DNA of 64,000 nt, from contig CBDICL010000005.1 of NCBI GenBank assembly GCA_965277255.1, positions 28,963-92,962 of the forward strand, in the 5' to 3' direction. Of the stretch, positions 10,810-20,800 are shown in pieces. A program made the position numbers and the translations under genes. Each line of letters opens with the position of its first letter. Position 1 is the stretch's first letter. The notes beneath the pieces were generated by a model. The model saw only the letters and a program-made list of their open reading frames with translations. It did no database searches and had not been told where the DNA came from. Origin of the DNA: Flavobacteriaceae bacterium (GTDB lineage: Bacteria > Bacteroidota > Bacteroidia > Flavobacteriales > Flavobacteriaceae).

Positions 10810-11087
10810 TATTTTTTCTTTCTACCTGTTCTAGTTTTTCCTGCTACAGCAGCTGGAATATCACCTAATTGGTTTCCAACTTCTTTTACAGCGTCTTTTA
10901 CATCTTGCATCTCTTGAACTACTCTTTTAGCTCTTTCTTTAATTTCAGCTGCAGCTTCTTCTGCAACATCTGCAATCATGTCTTTATCATCATCTTTAAT
11001 TTTACCAGTATACATATATACTAAATAAAAGTTTAATAAGATTGATAAAATAGAAATTGTGATTAGTGTAATAGTTAGTGTATTCAT
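10809..11087 (-). CDS. N-terminal TM plus coiled-coil protein (paralog of 40055..40333)
   Basis: 62/92 residues identical to 40055..40333 by manual alignment. Confidence 0.85.
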   Translation of the reverse strand: MNTLTITLITISILSILLNFYLVYMYTGKIKDDDKDMIADVAEEAAAEIKERAKRVVQEMQDVKDAVKEVGNQLGDIPAAVAGKTRTGRKKK

Positions 11088-11102
11088 AATATAAAATTTA
11101 AA

Positions 11103-11435
11103 TTAACAGTTCCATCTTCTACGAGCAGCTTTACCTCTTTCTGAGGACCAGCTTTTTGATCTCGCACAAAATGCTTTTCTTCTTTTAGCAGCTTTACTTC
11201 CAGGCTTTAATTCACTAGGAGGTGTTGTTACTGCTGTCTTTAGTTTACTTCCAGGATTATCACGTCTATATTTAGCCGTACCTTTAGCTGTCATTCCTCC
11301 GCCTGCAGCAGCACCTGTTCCAGTTGGTTTAGCTTCATTATAGTATCCTAATGATTTCTTTTTAGACGGAGCTGGCGGTTTAGCTTTCTTAAATAAAGGC
11401 GATTGCTGAACTCTTGATGTAATTGGCTTATTCAT
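11103..11435 (-). CDS. Basic conserved phage protein
   Basis: 110 aa, K/R-rich; GGGMTAKG..KYRRDNPGSKLKTAVT...RRKAFCAR...AARRRWNC. Confidence 0.8.
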   Translation of the reverse strand: MNKPITSRVQQSPLFKKAKPPAPSKKKSLGYYNEAKPTGTGAAAGGGMTAKGTAKYRRDNPGSKLKTAVTTPPSELKPGSKAAKRRKAFCARSKSWSSERGKAARRRWNC

Positions 11436-11807
11436 TTGTAATGTTTATATATTTAGTCCTGCCATTTTCTTTAATAGCTTTTAGTACTCGCATCCTATTG
11501 TTACCAAGTCGGTAACTAACATGCACCCATGCGGGGTTATATACACGTCATCAATATCAATAGCTTCTCCTAAGCAGTGTTGTGATGTTTTACTACCGCC
11601 TATTGCTTGGTTCAATTCAGGGGAGCGATAAAATGAAGAAACATATATTTGTTCATTAAAATGATTTCTTAATGGCTCAAATACATGTTCAGATGTAATT
11701 TGCATTGTAATCAGCGTTTCATTATCAGGCATATTACTTATGCTTAATCTTTCAGCTGTATTAGAGCGTACAGCCTCTTTTAAGGAGATATGTTCGCTAA
11801 TCCTCAT
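11428..11807 (-). pseudogene. Peptidase M15-type endolysin interrupted by a frameshifting internal deletion at 11540/11541
   Basis: Frame 1 reads MRISEHISLKE...SFYRSPELNQAIGGSKTSQHCLGEAIDIDDVY. The canonical C-terminus NPAWVHVSY...RVLKAIKENGRTKY continues in another frame and stops at 11428. Confidence 0.85.
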
Positions 11808-11808
11808 A

Positions 11809-11928
11809 CTACTTCTTATTTCCTCTTTTAGCGCAACCACAGCTTCCTATGGGCTTCATGCAAGTTTCACAAACTTTACTTGGAGCTTTCTTCTGTGCGT
11901 GTACTTTTTTTGTAATAGGTAAATCCAT
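11809..11928 (-). CDS. 39-aa basic, Cys-rich peptide (below ORF-track cut-off)
   Basis: MDLPITKKVHAQKKAPSKVCETCMKPIGSCGCAKRGNKK fills the gap between neighbours exactly. Confidence 0.6.
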   Translation of the reverse strand: MDLPITKKVHAQKKAPSKVCETCMKPIGSCGCAKRGNKK

Positions 11929-11930
11929 GA

Positions 11931-12254
11931 TTATTTTTTCTTTTGTTTGTTATAAGCTTCAGCTTCCCACTCTAATTTAGGAAAGCCCTCTTTCATTGTT
12001 TTTCTAGGATATTTTTTTCCTTTCCAATATACATTATCTTCATCATAGCTTAGGTCTTTTCTAAGTATTTGATCTCTATGTACTTTTTCATGGCTTAATG
12101 CTATTTTTTGTTGTACTGGAGATAACTTACTATTAATATAAATAGTACCATCACCTTCAGTAACACCATGCACACCATCTTCCATTGGAGTTTTTACTAC
12201 TTTACCGTTTGTCATTATAATATTTTCAACGGTATTTTTCATTTTATATCCCAT
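11931..12254 (-). CDS. Small HExxH metallopeptidase-like protein
   Basis: GTIYINSKL...IALSHEKVH...EWEAEAY. Confidence 0.6.
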   Translation of the reverse strand: MGYKMKNTVENIIMTNGKVVKTPMEDGVHGVTEGDGTIYINSKLSPVQQKIALSHEKVHRDQILRKDLSYDEDNVYWKGKKYPRKTMKEGFPKLEWEAEAYNKQKKK

Positions 12255-12694
12255 TATCTATTTGGATCTTTAATCATTTGTTCTATAGCAGAATTAAATA
12301 CTTTTTCTGTATAAGATTTGTTTTTATTAAAAACACTTCTTTGTGAGATTGGTAAATCTTCTTGCCCTAAAAGTATTCTATATATTCTAGAAACAAGGTG
12401 CTTACACTGCGTCGAAACTTCGTAAACATTATATTTAATCGTTGTATGGTTCCTTTTAGTGTATACTTTGATCCATCCATTTTTTCTAAGCTTTTCCCAC
12501 CTGTGTTTATCCCAAGTGTGTATATATGTTCCTTTTATGTAATCATCACGTGTAAATTTACCTATACAATCAAAATGAATAAGTAATTCTAATTCGCCAT
12601 CTGTTAATCCATAAGTTTTACAGGCCCATTTGCGAACGAGCCTGTAATATTTAAATAATCCTATCTCTTTTATATCCGCTGCCTCTAGTCTCAT
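12254..12694 (-). CDS. Hypothetical protein (possible winged helix)
   Basis: 146 aa, coupled to neighbours; LTDGELELLIHF...WEKLRKNGWIKV. Confidence 0.7.
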   Translation of the reverse strand: MRLEAADIKEIGLFKYYRLVRKWACKTYGLTDGELELLIHFDCIGKFTRDDYIKGTYIHTWDKHRWEKLRKNGWIKVYTKRNHTTIKYNVYEVSTQCKHLVSRIYRILLGQEDLPISQRSVFNKNKSYTEKVFNSAIEQMIKDPNR

Positions 12695-12951
12695 AAAACC
12701 ACTACAACATCTTGTTCTCTTATTACTTGTAAGTATTCCCCATCAAAATCTATACCATACCCAGCGTGCCGGTCATAATAAATATAGTCTCCTGTAGAAA
12801 TTCCCTCAACGTAATTACCAACAGACCTAACTTCAGCTTTTCTATATCGTATATCATCTTGATGTTTTTCAGTAAGAATAAGTCCACCTTTGTTTGGCTT
12901 TGGCTCTTCTTTAATTGATTTTATTATAATAAATTTATTTACAGCCTTCAT
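12691..12951 (-). CDS. groES: Co-chaperonin GroES (Cpn10)
   Basis: KAVNKFIIIK...GGLILTE...AEVRSVG...GDYIYY...GEYLQVIREQDV; adjacent to groEL. Confidence 0.9.
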   Translation of the reverse strand: MKAVNKFIIIKSIKEEPKPNKGGLILTEKHQDDIRYRKAEVRSVGNYVEGISTGDYIYYDRHAGYGIDFDGEYLQVIREQDVVVVL

Positions 12952-14498
12952 TATTCTCTAACATTAGATATTACACAATTTGCTGACATTATAGTTGTAG
13001 CAACAGATATTGCATTTTTTAATGCTGTTTTTGTTACAAGCACGGGATCTATAATTCCTTCTTTAAGTAAATTACAACTTTCACCTGTTATAACGTTAAT
13101 GCCCCACCCTTTTTTATGGTATGGACCATATGCGATACCTGCATTAATAAGAATTGTTTTGTATGGAGCTTTGATAGCTTCTTGTAGTATTTTTCCGCCA
13201 TTACCGTTGGCGCTAATATTATCAGCTGCATTATGCAAAGCAATACCAGCACCGGGAACAATACCCTCACGTAACGCTGCTTTAACAGCATAAATAGCAT
13301 CTTCAACACGATCTTTCTTTTCTTTTAATTCAATTTCAGAATCAGCTCCTACATATATAATACCAACTGATCCAGATAGCATGGCTTTTCTTTCTTCAAG
13401 CTTTTTCTTAACATAAGGATTTGCCTCTTCCTTAAACTGACTATCTATTTCTAATATTCTTTCTTTTATTTGGTCTGTTTGTTCCCCAACGGTTATTACA
13501 GTATTATTGTCATCTGTAACAGCTCTTGCTGCAGAACCTAAAAAACTTTCATCTATTAAATCTAAATCATCACCTAACTCTTCGCTAATTACTTTAGCTC
13601 CTGTGATTATAGCTAAATCCTCAAGCATATCTCTACGTGTAAGAGAAAACCCGGGAGGATCAATAACATTTACTTTTATATGTCCTTTAACTTTATTCAT
13701 TATTAAAGCTGAAAGAGGTTGTGCAGCAATATTCCCAACTATAAGCATGGGTCTTTTACTTTTAATAGCAAATTCTAATACAGCTTGTATTTTTCTTATT
13801 GTTGTAATTTCAGAATCAACCAACAATACTAAAGGATCATCTAATACAGCTTTATTTTTTTCTTTATCTGTTATAAGATGTGGTGACTTTAAACCTGAAT
13901 CAAATTGCACTCCATCTACGATTTCAACGTGCGTTTCATTAGTTTCAGAGTCGTCCATCAATACCACACCATTATCGCCAACTTTCTTATAAGCGTCTGC
14001 AATAATGTTACCTAAAACTTTGTCGTTATTTGTAGAAATTTGTGCAACATGGTTTAACATATCACCCTTAACTTTTACAGCAGAACTTTCTAGGTATCTA
14101 ATTACTTTTTTAGCTGTTATGTTTAGATCTTCTTTAATTTTTCTTAAATCAGGATCTTTTTGATTCCAGTATTCTTTTAATATAGAGTGAGCAAGGACGG
14201 TACTAGTCGTAGTACCATCACCTGCTTCTTTAACTGTTTTTTGAGCTGCCTCTTTAATGAGGGTTGCACCTATGTTTTCTACAGAATCCATAAGCACCAC
14301 GCTATTAGCAACAGTAACTCCATCTTTTGTGACTATAGGCTTTCCTAATGCATCTTCATATATAACACATTTACCAGAGGCACCTAGTGTTGACGATACA
14401 GCATTAGTAAGTTTTTCAACACCAGCCATAATTTTGTTTTGCGCGTCTGCGCTAAAAGTAAGATCTTTTACAATCTCACTTGGATGATTAAATTGCAT
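12951..14498 (-). CDS. groEL: Chaperonin GroEL (Cpn60), phage type without GGM tail
   Basis: TKDGVTVA, AGDGTTT, ERVED-like DRVEDAIYAVKAA, GIVPGAG, GIIDPVLVTKTAL. Confidence 0.96.
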   Translation of the reverse strand: MQFNHPSEIVKDLTFSADAQNKIMAGVEKLTNAVSSTLGASGKCVIYEDALGKPIVTKDGVTVANSVVLMDSVENIGATLIKEAAQKTVKEAGDGTTTSTVLAHSILKEYWNQKDPDLRKIKEDLNITAKKVIRYLESSAVKVKGDMLNHVAQISTNNDKVLGNIIADAYKKVGDNGVVLMDDSETNETHVEIVDGVQFDSGLKSPHLITDKEKNKAVLDDPLVLLVDSEITTIRKIQAVLEFAIKSKRPMLIVGNIAAQPLSALIMNKVKGHIKVNVIDPPGFSLTRRDMLEDLAIITGAKVISEELGDDLDLIDESFLGSAARAVTDDNNTVITVGEQTDQIKERILEIDSQFKEEANPYVKKKLEERKAMLSGSVGIIYVGADSEIELKEKKDRVEDAIYAVKAALREGIVPGAGIALHNAADNISANGNGGKILQEAIKAPYKTILINAGIAYGPYHKKGWGINVITGESCNLLKEGIIDPVLVTKTALKNAISVATTIMSANCVISNVRE

Positions 14499-14518
14499 TA
14501 AATTATATTTTAAATTAG

Positions 14519-14809
14519 TTATTTGAATGTTTTAACTACTACAGGTCCTTCTAAAGATTTTAATCTTTTGTTGTAGTGGTCAATAGAAGAATCAATTGCT
14601 TTTTCAGCTTCTTCTACAGTTTCACGCCTTGTAACGCTAGTCCATCCGCCATCTTCTATATTAAACTCTGTTTGATAGAATCCGTTTGGTAATTGGGTAA
14701 TTCTCCAGTTTTTCTTTTTTGATAAATTTTTCCACTGGTTTTTGGCCTCTTCGGATACTTGTGGTTCTGAATTGGTCCATGAGTTAGTTTTGTAATAAAA
14801 ATAAGTCAT
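14519..14809 (-). CDS. Hypothetical protein
   Basis: 96 aa ORF in the operon. Confidence 0.75.
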   Translation of the reverse strand: MTYFYYKTNSWTNSEPQVSEEAKNQWKNLSKKKNWRITQLPNGFYQTEFNIEDGGWTSVTRRETVEEAEKAIDSSIDHYNKRLKSLEGPVVVKTFK

Positions 14810-14842
14810 TTTTTTTGGTTTTTTGGTTAATAAAAAGTTTTG

Positions 14843-15100
14843 TCACCATTTAGCAGCGGGACACTGCGAAGCAGGAGATAAAGCTTTAGCTGCTATATTG
14901 CAGCCGCATCCCTTAACAAACTCTCCTGTTATTTGGTTTTTAATTTGGCTATTTGGGTCACAAACATTATTTTTACGCACTGGGCAGACATTACAGTGAA
15001 CAAGTCTTATTGATGCAATTCTTTTTGTATTTTCATCCAATAAGCCAAATTTGTCTTTTACAAGATTTGCCCACCCGGTTAGTATATTATTTAGCTGCAT
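14843..15100 (-). CDS. Cys-rich small protein
   Basis: CNVCP...C...GCGC...CPAAKW metal-binding pattern. Confidence 0.7.
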   Translation of the reverse strand: MQLNNILTGWANLVKDKFGLLDENTKRIASIRLVHCNVCPVRKNNVCDPNSQIKNQITGEFVKGCGCNIAAKALSPASQCPAAKW

Positions 15101-15106
15101 TTTTTT

Positions 15107-15379
15107 CTATTCAGTAGCAACAAGTTCTTCTTGCTCATCTTCAACAGGTGTTAATTCCCCAGTTGTTATGTCTAATGTAGATTTACCATGCTCTTCTTCA
15201 ATTTCTTTTACAATCTCATTCATTTTGTTTTGAATGACAGAGTATTCTGAAAGTAAAGCGCTTTTTTGAAAACTGTATTGCATTTCTAAATCTCCAAGAC
15301 TATTTTTAATTTTTGCAATTGCTGAATAGTTTTCTTGAACTTTTTTAAGTTCTTTTTCTGATAATTTTTGTTTTTCCAT
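15107..15379 (-). CDS. Coiled-coil hypothetical protein
   Basis: 90 aa with heptad pattern and acidic tail. Confidence 0.75.
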   Translation of the reverse strand: MEKQKLSEKELKKVQENYSAIAKIKNSLGDLEMQYSFQKSALLSEYSVIQNKMNEIVKEIEEEHGKSTLDITTGELTPVEDEQEELVATE

Positions 15380-15422
15380 TTTATTAAATATTAATTAATT
15401 GTTATATAGTATATTACGAATA

Positions 15423-15776
15423 TTATTCATTATTTATGTCTTCAACTATTTCATTTGTAGCTCCTATTGTTTTAGTCACTACCGTGGGTGTTACTTGTTC
15501 TGCAATTTGAGCATCTATACTAGTTTTTAATTCAGCAACTCTTTCTTCTCCTAATGCTGTTTCAACCCATCCATTAATATCTTCTTCCGTAATATCAACA
15601 AATGCTGTAAAATTAGAAAGGTCTGAAGTTTCTAAAGATTGGGTTCCGTAAGTGCTACCTACGTTTCCATTTTCGTCTTCTCCTGTAAGTCTCCAATGAA
15701 CATTAAAGATTACGTCGTTATTACCCTCTAGTGTAGGGTAAGTATCTACTGTTTTGTTATCCCAAGTGTAAGTCAT
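15423..15776 (-). CDS. Small fibre-associated protein (paralog of 17442..17786)
   Basis: Shared TY.W...DVI..(V/I).(W/F)...G.D...F.....(I/L)TE.D(I/V)..WV pattern. Confidence 0.75.
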   Translation of the reverse strand: MTYTWDNKTVDTYPTLEGNNDVIFNVHWRLTGEDENGNVGSTYGTQSLETSDLSNFTAFVDITEEDINGWVETALGEERVAELKTSIDAQIAEQVTPTVVTKTIGATNEIVEDINNE

Positions 15777-15821
15777 TATTTATTTATTTATTTGTAAAAA
15801 TTTTTAAATTATATCATCGTA

Positions 15822-16340
15822 TTAAATAATTGAATCCCAAGTTTGTTCGTCTTCACTCCAAATATATGGCTTACCATCATTTGGTATTGGTATTGGTGGA
15901 ACCCATTCCCATTTTTCTTCATTCCAACTCCAAGAATTGTATATTTTTTTAGGAATATATAAATCCCATTGCATTAAATTTTCATTCCAAGTATAAGGTT
16001 TACCATCATCTGGATAATCAATAGTGGATTCCCAAAGACAAGTTTCTTCATTTAATATCCAAGAATCAAAAAGTTTAGGCGGAATAAATGCATCTCGCGT
16101 TTCATCATAAATAAATCCAATACCAGCATAATTTTTACGAAATCCGTTTTTTACACTTACCTCTTGTGTAATTACACTAAAGTGCTTCCCTCCAAATGTA
16201 TTATAAGAAGTTCTTTTACAAGTTTTACCAAATTGATTACCATAAAATTGCTCCCAATCTTGTGAATTGTCAGATTCATCAATTCCACTTATAACTTGCA
16301 TTACAACATTATTTTCATCAAGTATTGCGTAGTGTGCCAT
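15822..16340 (-). CDS. 'MAHYA' family protein with extra Trp-rich C-terminal repeat
   Basis: Paralog of 3188..3559; repeated PxDGKPYxWxE motif. Confidence 0.85.
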   Translation of the reverse strand: MAHYAILDENNVVMQVISGIDESDNSQDWEQFYGNQFGKTCKRTSYNTFGGKHFSVITQEVSVKNGFRKNYAGIGFIYDETRDAFIPPKLFDSWILNEETCLWESTIDYPDDGKPYTWNENLMQWDLYIPKKIYNSWSWNEEKWEWVPPIPIPNDGKPYIWSEDEQTWDSII

Positions 16341-16341
16341 A

Positions 16342-17439
16342 TTAATTAAATTGTATGTTACCGCTTCCGCTTGTTATTATTGTAACATTAAAACTACCAT
16401 CAGCTGAAGTATTTCCACTTAATCCAGACCCTATTGTTATTGTATATGAGTTTGGGTATCTTAAAACAACAACGCCTGAACCTCCATTTCCACCGCCAGG
16501 ACCAATTCCATAAATTGAAGAAGTAGTGTTTCCGTTATGTGCTCCACCACCCCCACCAAGATTAGGCGTTCCATCTCTTCCAGTGCCATAATAAGGATAA
16601 GAAGTGTAACCTCCATTACCACCGCCACCTGCACCTCCATCACCACTGTATTGGGGATAACCAGAATATGATGCACCACCACCTCCTCCTCCATAATAAG
16701 CAGAAGTACCAGTAATTGCAACAGCTACTCCATTTCCACCATCTCCAGCAACAATTGAACTCCCAGCAACAGAACCGCCCTTTGCACCTGTTCCACCTCC
16801 TCCAGCGCCAGCAACTCCCGCATATGTAGTGTCCCCATCAGTACTGTAATAAACTATCTGGCCCAAACCATTATAAATATTTCTTTGAGAATCCCCACCT
16901 TCATACCCTTGATTTGCAGTTCCAAGATTTCCCCAAGTTGCTCTTGCACCACCACCCCCACAACCTCCGTTAGTTGAGGGTACAGCTGTAAAGGTATTGT
17001 TAAAATATCCTCTACCGCGCCCACCACCAATTGAAGTAATTGTGTGAAATACACTATTTGAACCATCTGAATAAACTGAAGAATGACCTGTTCCACCTCC
17101 TCCAATGGTGATTGAATAATTTGTTCCAGTTTGAAGAGCGATTTGGGTTTCTGATGAAGCACCCCCACCTGAAGTTGTGCCATAGGAAGTTCTTAATCCG
17201 CCTGCACCCCCGCCTCCTGCAGGAAATGTTTGATTAGTAAAAGAAGAAAACCCGCCTGCACCACCACCAGCAACAACGAGATAATCAACCAATAAGGGTT
17301 GATAACCATAAAATTCGCTTATAGCGTCAGGAGTTGATTTACCAGCGGCAGCCGATAAAGTTCTTAAAGAACCACTTGAGTTACCTAACTCTGTTTTTAT
17401 ATCACCTATAGATAAAGGTCCGCTGCTAGGTAAAGCCAT
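16342..17439 (-). CDS. Glycine-rich virion/fibre-associated protein
   Basis: MALPSSGPLSIGDIKTEL N-terminus, VDYLVVAGGG, GGSGVVVLRYP. Confidence 0.85.
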   Translation of the reverse strand: MALPSSGPLSIGDIKTELGNSSGSLRTLSAAAGKSTPDAISEFYGYQPLLVDYLVVAGGGAGGFSSFTNQTFPAGGGGAGGLRTSYGTTSGGGASSETQIALQTGTNYSITIGGGGTGHSSVYSDGSNSVFHTITSIGGGRGRGYFNNTFTAVPSTNGGCGGGGARATWGNLGTANQGYEGGDSQRNIYNGLGQIVYYSTDGDTTYAGVAGAGGGGTGAKGGSVAGSSIVAGDGGNGVAVAITGTSAYYGGGGGGASYSGYPQYSGDGGAGGGGNGGYTSYPYYGTGRDGTPNLGGGGGAHNGNTTSSIYGIGPGGGNGGSGVVVLRYPNSYTITIGSGLSGNTSADGSFNVTIITSGSGNIQFN

Positions 17440-17441
17440 TA

Positions 17442-17786
17442 CTATTCAGGTATTTGTTCTGCGGGTGCCCATGGCATATCTGCTTCTACGTTAGTCGGAG
17501 ATACTTTTTGGGTAATTGCTTTTGTGATAACTTCATTCATGTGATCTGTAGGATGATTTGCTTTTACCCACTCAATAACATCTGCTTCTGTTAAAGAAGC
17601 TAACTCTGTAAAGTTTTCCGTATCAGGCAAGCCAATAGGGCAAGCTCCAGGAAAAACGTGTGTTTCCCCAGAATCTGCATCTGTACCCGTATAATCAAAT
17701 CTAATATGTGTGATAACATCTGACAACCCCTCAAGCACTGGCGCTTTTTTCATAGCCGTTATTTTCCAATCGTATGTAATATTCAT
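17442..17786 (-). CDS. Small fibre-associated protein
   Basis: Paralog of 15423..15776; immediately downstream of the fibre gene. Confidence 0.75.
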   Translation of the reverse strand: MNITYDWKITAMKKAPVLEGLSDVITHIRFDYTGTDADSGETHVFPGACPIGLPDTENFTELASLTEADVIEWVKANHPTDHMNEVITKAITQKVSPTNVEADMPWAPAEQIPE

Positions 17787-17810
17787 AATACTTATTTAAA
17801 ATTTTAATAA

Positions 17811-20800
17811 TTATTTATTTTCTAACGCTTTAACTTTATCTGAAAGTTCTTTTATTGCTTCAATAAGCAAAGGTACTAATTTTTCGTATTTAACAGCCTT
17901 ATATCCGTTATCTCTTGTATTTACTATTTCAGGTGCAATTTTTTCAACTTCTTGTGCAATTATACCAATATCATGACCTTCATAAACATCTTGCTTATCA
18001 TTCCAATCAAACTCAACACCATTTAATGATTCAACTTTTTTAAGAGCATTTTCAATATTTTTCTTATTGTCTTTAAGCCTTTCGTCTGAAGAAGAATAAG
18101 CAACTACATCCCCATTAAAATGAGCGTTTCCTGTTCCAGAAATACTAGCTACTAGATTTGTGCTGTGCTTAAATATCCAACCCCTAGATGTAGACCCGCT
18201 CATAGTGAAATAAGTAGCCCAATCACCTGTAACAGAACCATGCGTCCCTAAACTTGTTCCTGTAAATAATAATCCGTACGTCGGTTCAGCTGTACTATAT
18301 CCACCATAAAGAGATATACCATGCCTACTTGTGCTGCTTGAGCTCCTATTGACACCTATTCTCGTGGTATGCACAGCATTTAAATTGGTAGCAGCCTTAG
18401 GCTCTAAATAATACCCAGTGTTATCAGAATCGTAGAAGATAGGGGCTCTTAAACTAGAAACACCATAGCCAATACCCCAATAATGATTAGAAAAACTTGT
18501 TGAAGTCCCGGCTCTCCAATACCAATTTTGTGGTGTTTGACTAGTACTTGCGGTATTATTACAATATCTATAATTTACATGCATAGTATTTGATCCAGCC
18601 CCAATCATCATTTCACTACCAAATCCTTTAAGCTCTAAAGTATGATACGCATAATTTCTACCAAGTTTAGCATCCCCAGAGACTGCGGAACTTGATATTA
18701 TCTCATTTAAGCTTATAGAACCTATGTTACTAAGGCTTTGCGGATCTAAATAATACCCAGTATTATCAGAATCGTAGAAGATAGGGGCGCGTAAATCACC
18801 TCCTGAGTAGGGGGCTTGGCCAAACATGACAAATTCTTTCCATGCATCATAGTCATTACTCCAGCCAGTTCTAGCCCAAATTCCATTTCCATCTGTAGCA
18901 TTATGTGGTGCGTATAATTGAAATTTATTTGCCGCACCAATAGAAAAATTTAATTCAGTACCATAAGCATAAGCAGAAGGCCTGTTTGAGCCCGTCGCAT
19001 TATTAACTCTATACCAGCCTGCTTCAGTCCCATCAATATAAGTATTCCAATCTTGAGTACTTATGATACCTCTATATCTTATATCAGTTGCATCAACAAC
19101 TTGCACTTGAACATTATTTATATAAAGATTTTTATTAAAATAAAAAGCAGGTCTATCAGTATATATATGTGCCCATGTGGAATTGGCTGGCCCTAATTGT
19201 ATATAGCCGCTATCTGTTTGATGTAAAGTACCCCAGTCGCCGTGGTTTACAAACCTACCGTTGTTAGAAGAACTAGGGCTTTTAAGTTGTGAGTAATCTA
19301 TTACGTTTATTCTACTTGTACTTGCAGGATGTAAATAATACGAAGTGTTATCAGAGTCGTAGAAGATAGGAGCACGCATGTCAACATTAGCAGTGACAGA
19401 ACCCCCACTCGTTATGCTCATTCGTTCGGTGTTGTTAGTTCTAAGAATAAGAGGTCTACCTCCTCCTGCTGCTCCAGAATCTATGTTTAACCCAAAACTT
19501 TCATATATACGAGAACGATGGCTTAAGGTTGTATCTGAACCAAAAGTAACTCCACCGTTTACTTGAAGATTATCAGCAGGACTAACAGTCCCTATCCCTA
19601 CATTACCGCTTGTGGATAGAAACATTGCGTTTGCGTTAGTGTTAGGGTGAAAAGCTATTGGTCCGTTACTGGTATATATGTTTAACGCGCTTACTCCTCC
19701 CCATGAGCTATAAGATGTACCAGCTTTCCATATTTGTCCCAACCCGGAGTTAGTATTAAAAATAACACTAGAATAAGATGTAGTGGAAGAAGCGTCCCCT
19801 ATATTTACGTTACTATTAGCTGCAGTTGATCTAAATTTGGCAACACTATCGACAGAAGAAATTACCTCTAATTTAGAGCTAGGATTAGTACCCCCTATTC
19901 CTACATTGCCCCCACCGGCAGCTATAGCAATGTTATCGCTAGAGTACCAATTTAATCCTAATATACCCCCACTAGAATCTATTATTAGATACCCACTATC
20001 ATCTGTTCCTGCCTTAATAGTAGGCTGTCCGCTATACCTACCTAATGTTAAAGTTGCTGATGCAGAAGTTGCATCTATAAAGCTATTTCCAGATACATGT
20101 AATTTATATCCAGGATTTGTAGTGCCTATTCCAACGTTGCCTGCAATCGGTTGTAATAATAAGTTTTTCCAACCAGTGCCGTTATGTACAACGCCAATAA
20201 ATCCAGCGTCCGCTGTAGCATTGTAACCCATATTAATCCCTTTAGCAGTTATACCTGCCGCAAGTGATATATTGTATGCTGCGCCAAAATCTCCACTTCC
20301 AACGTAATTACCAAAAGCTCCTTTACCTCCAACCAATAATCCGCTACTTGAAGCAGCACCTGTCGTGCCTATTGATGCATTGCCAATTATATGCAACTTA
20401 GAAGTAGGGCTCGTAGTCCCTATCCCAACGTTTAAATTATCATCAATACAAAAAGCATCCCCTTCAGTACCTGATGCCCAAGTAACCATAAAAGGGTATG
20501 TTCCTCCATTCCCGCCAGATTTTATAGATAACCCATTATTAGAAACAGCACCTTCAATTTTAAGTTTAGCATTAGGACTCGTAGTCCCAATTCCTACGTT
20601 GCCGCTAGAATTGATAACCATACGTGGACTTGCTGAACCCGCAACATCTACAAATGAAAAACCACCATTATCAGACATATCTATTCTCGTTTGAATAGTG
20701 CCTGTTTCATCTATATATCTAATTTGACTTGAAGCAGCTCCTTTTAAATCCAAAAACGGAATACCACTTGGATGTGTTGATTCTATTCTTACTGCTGGAG

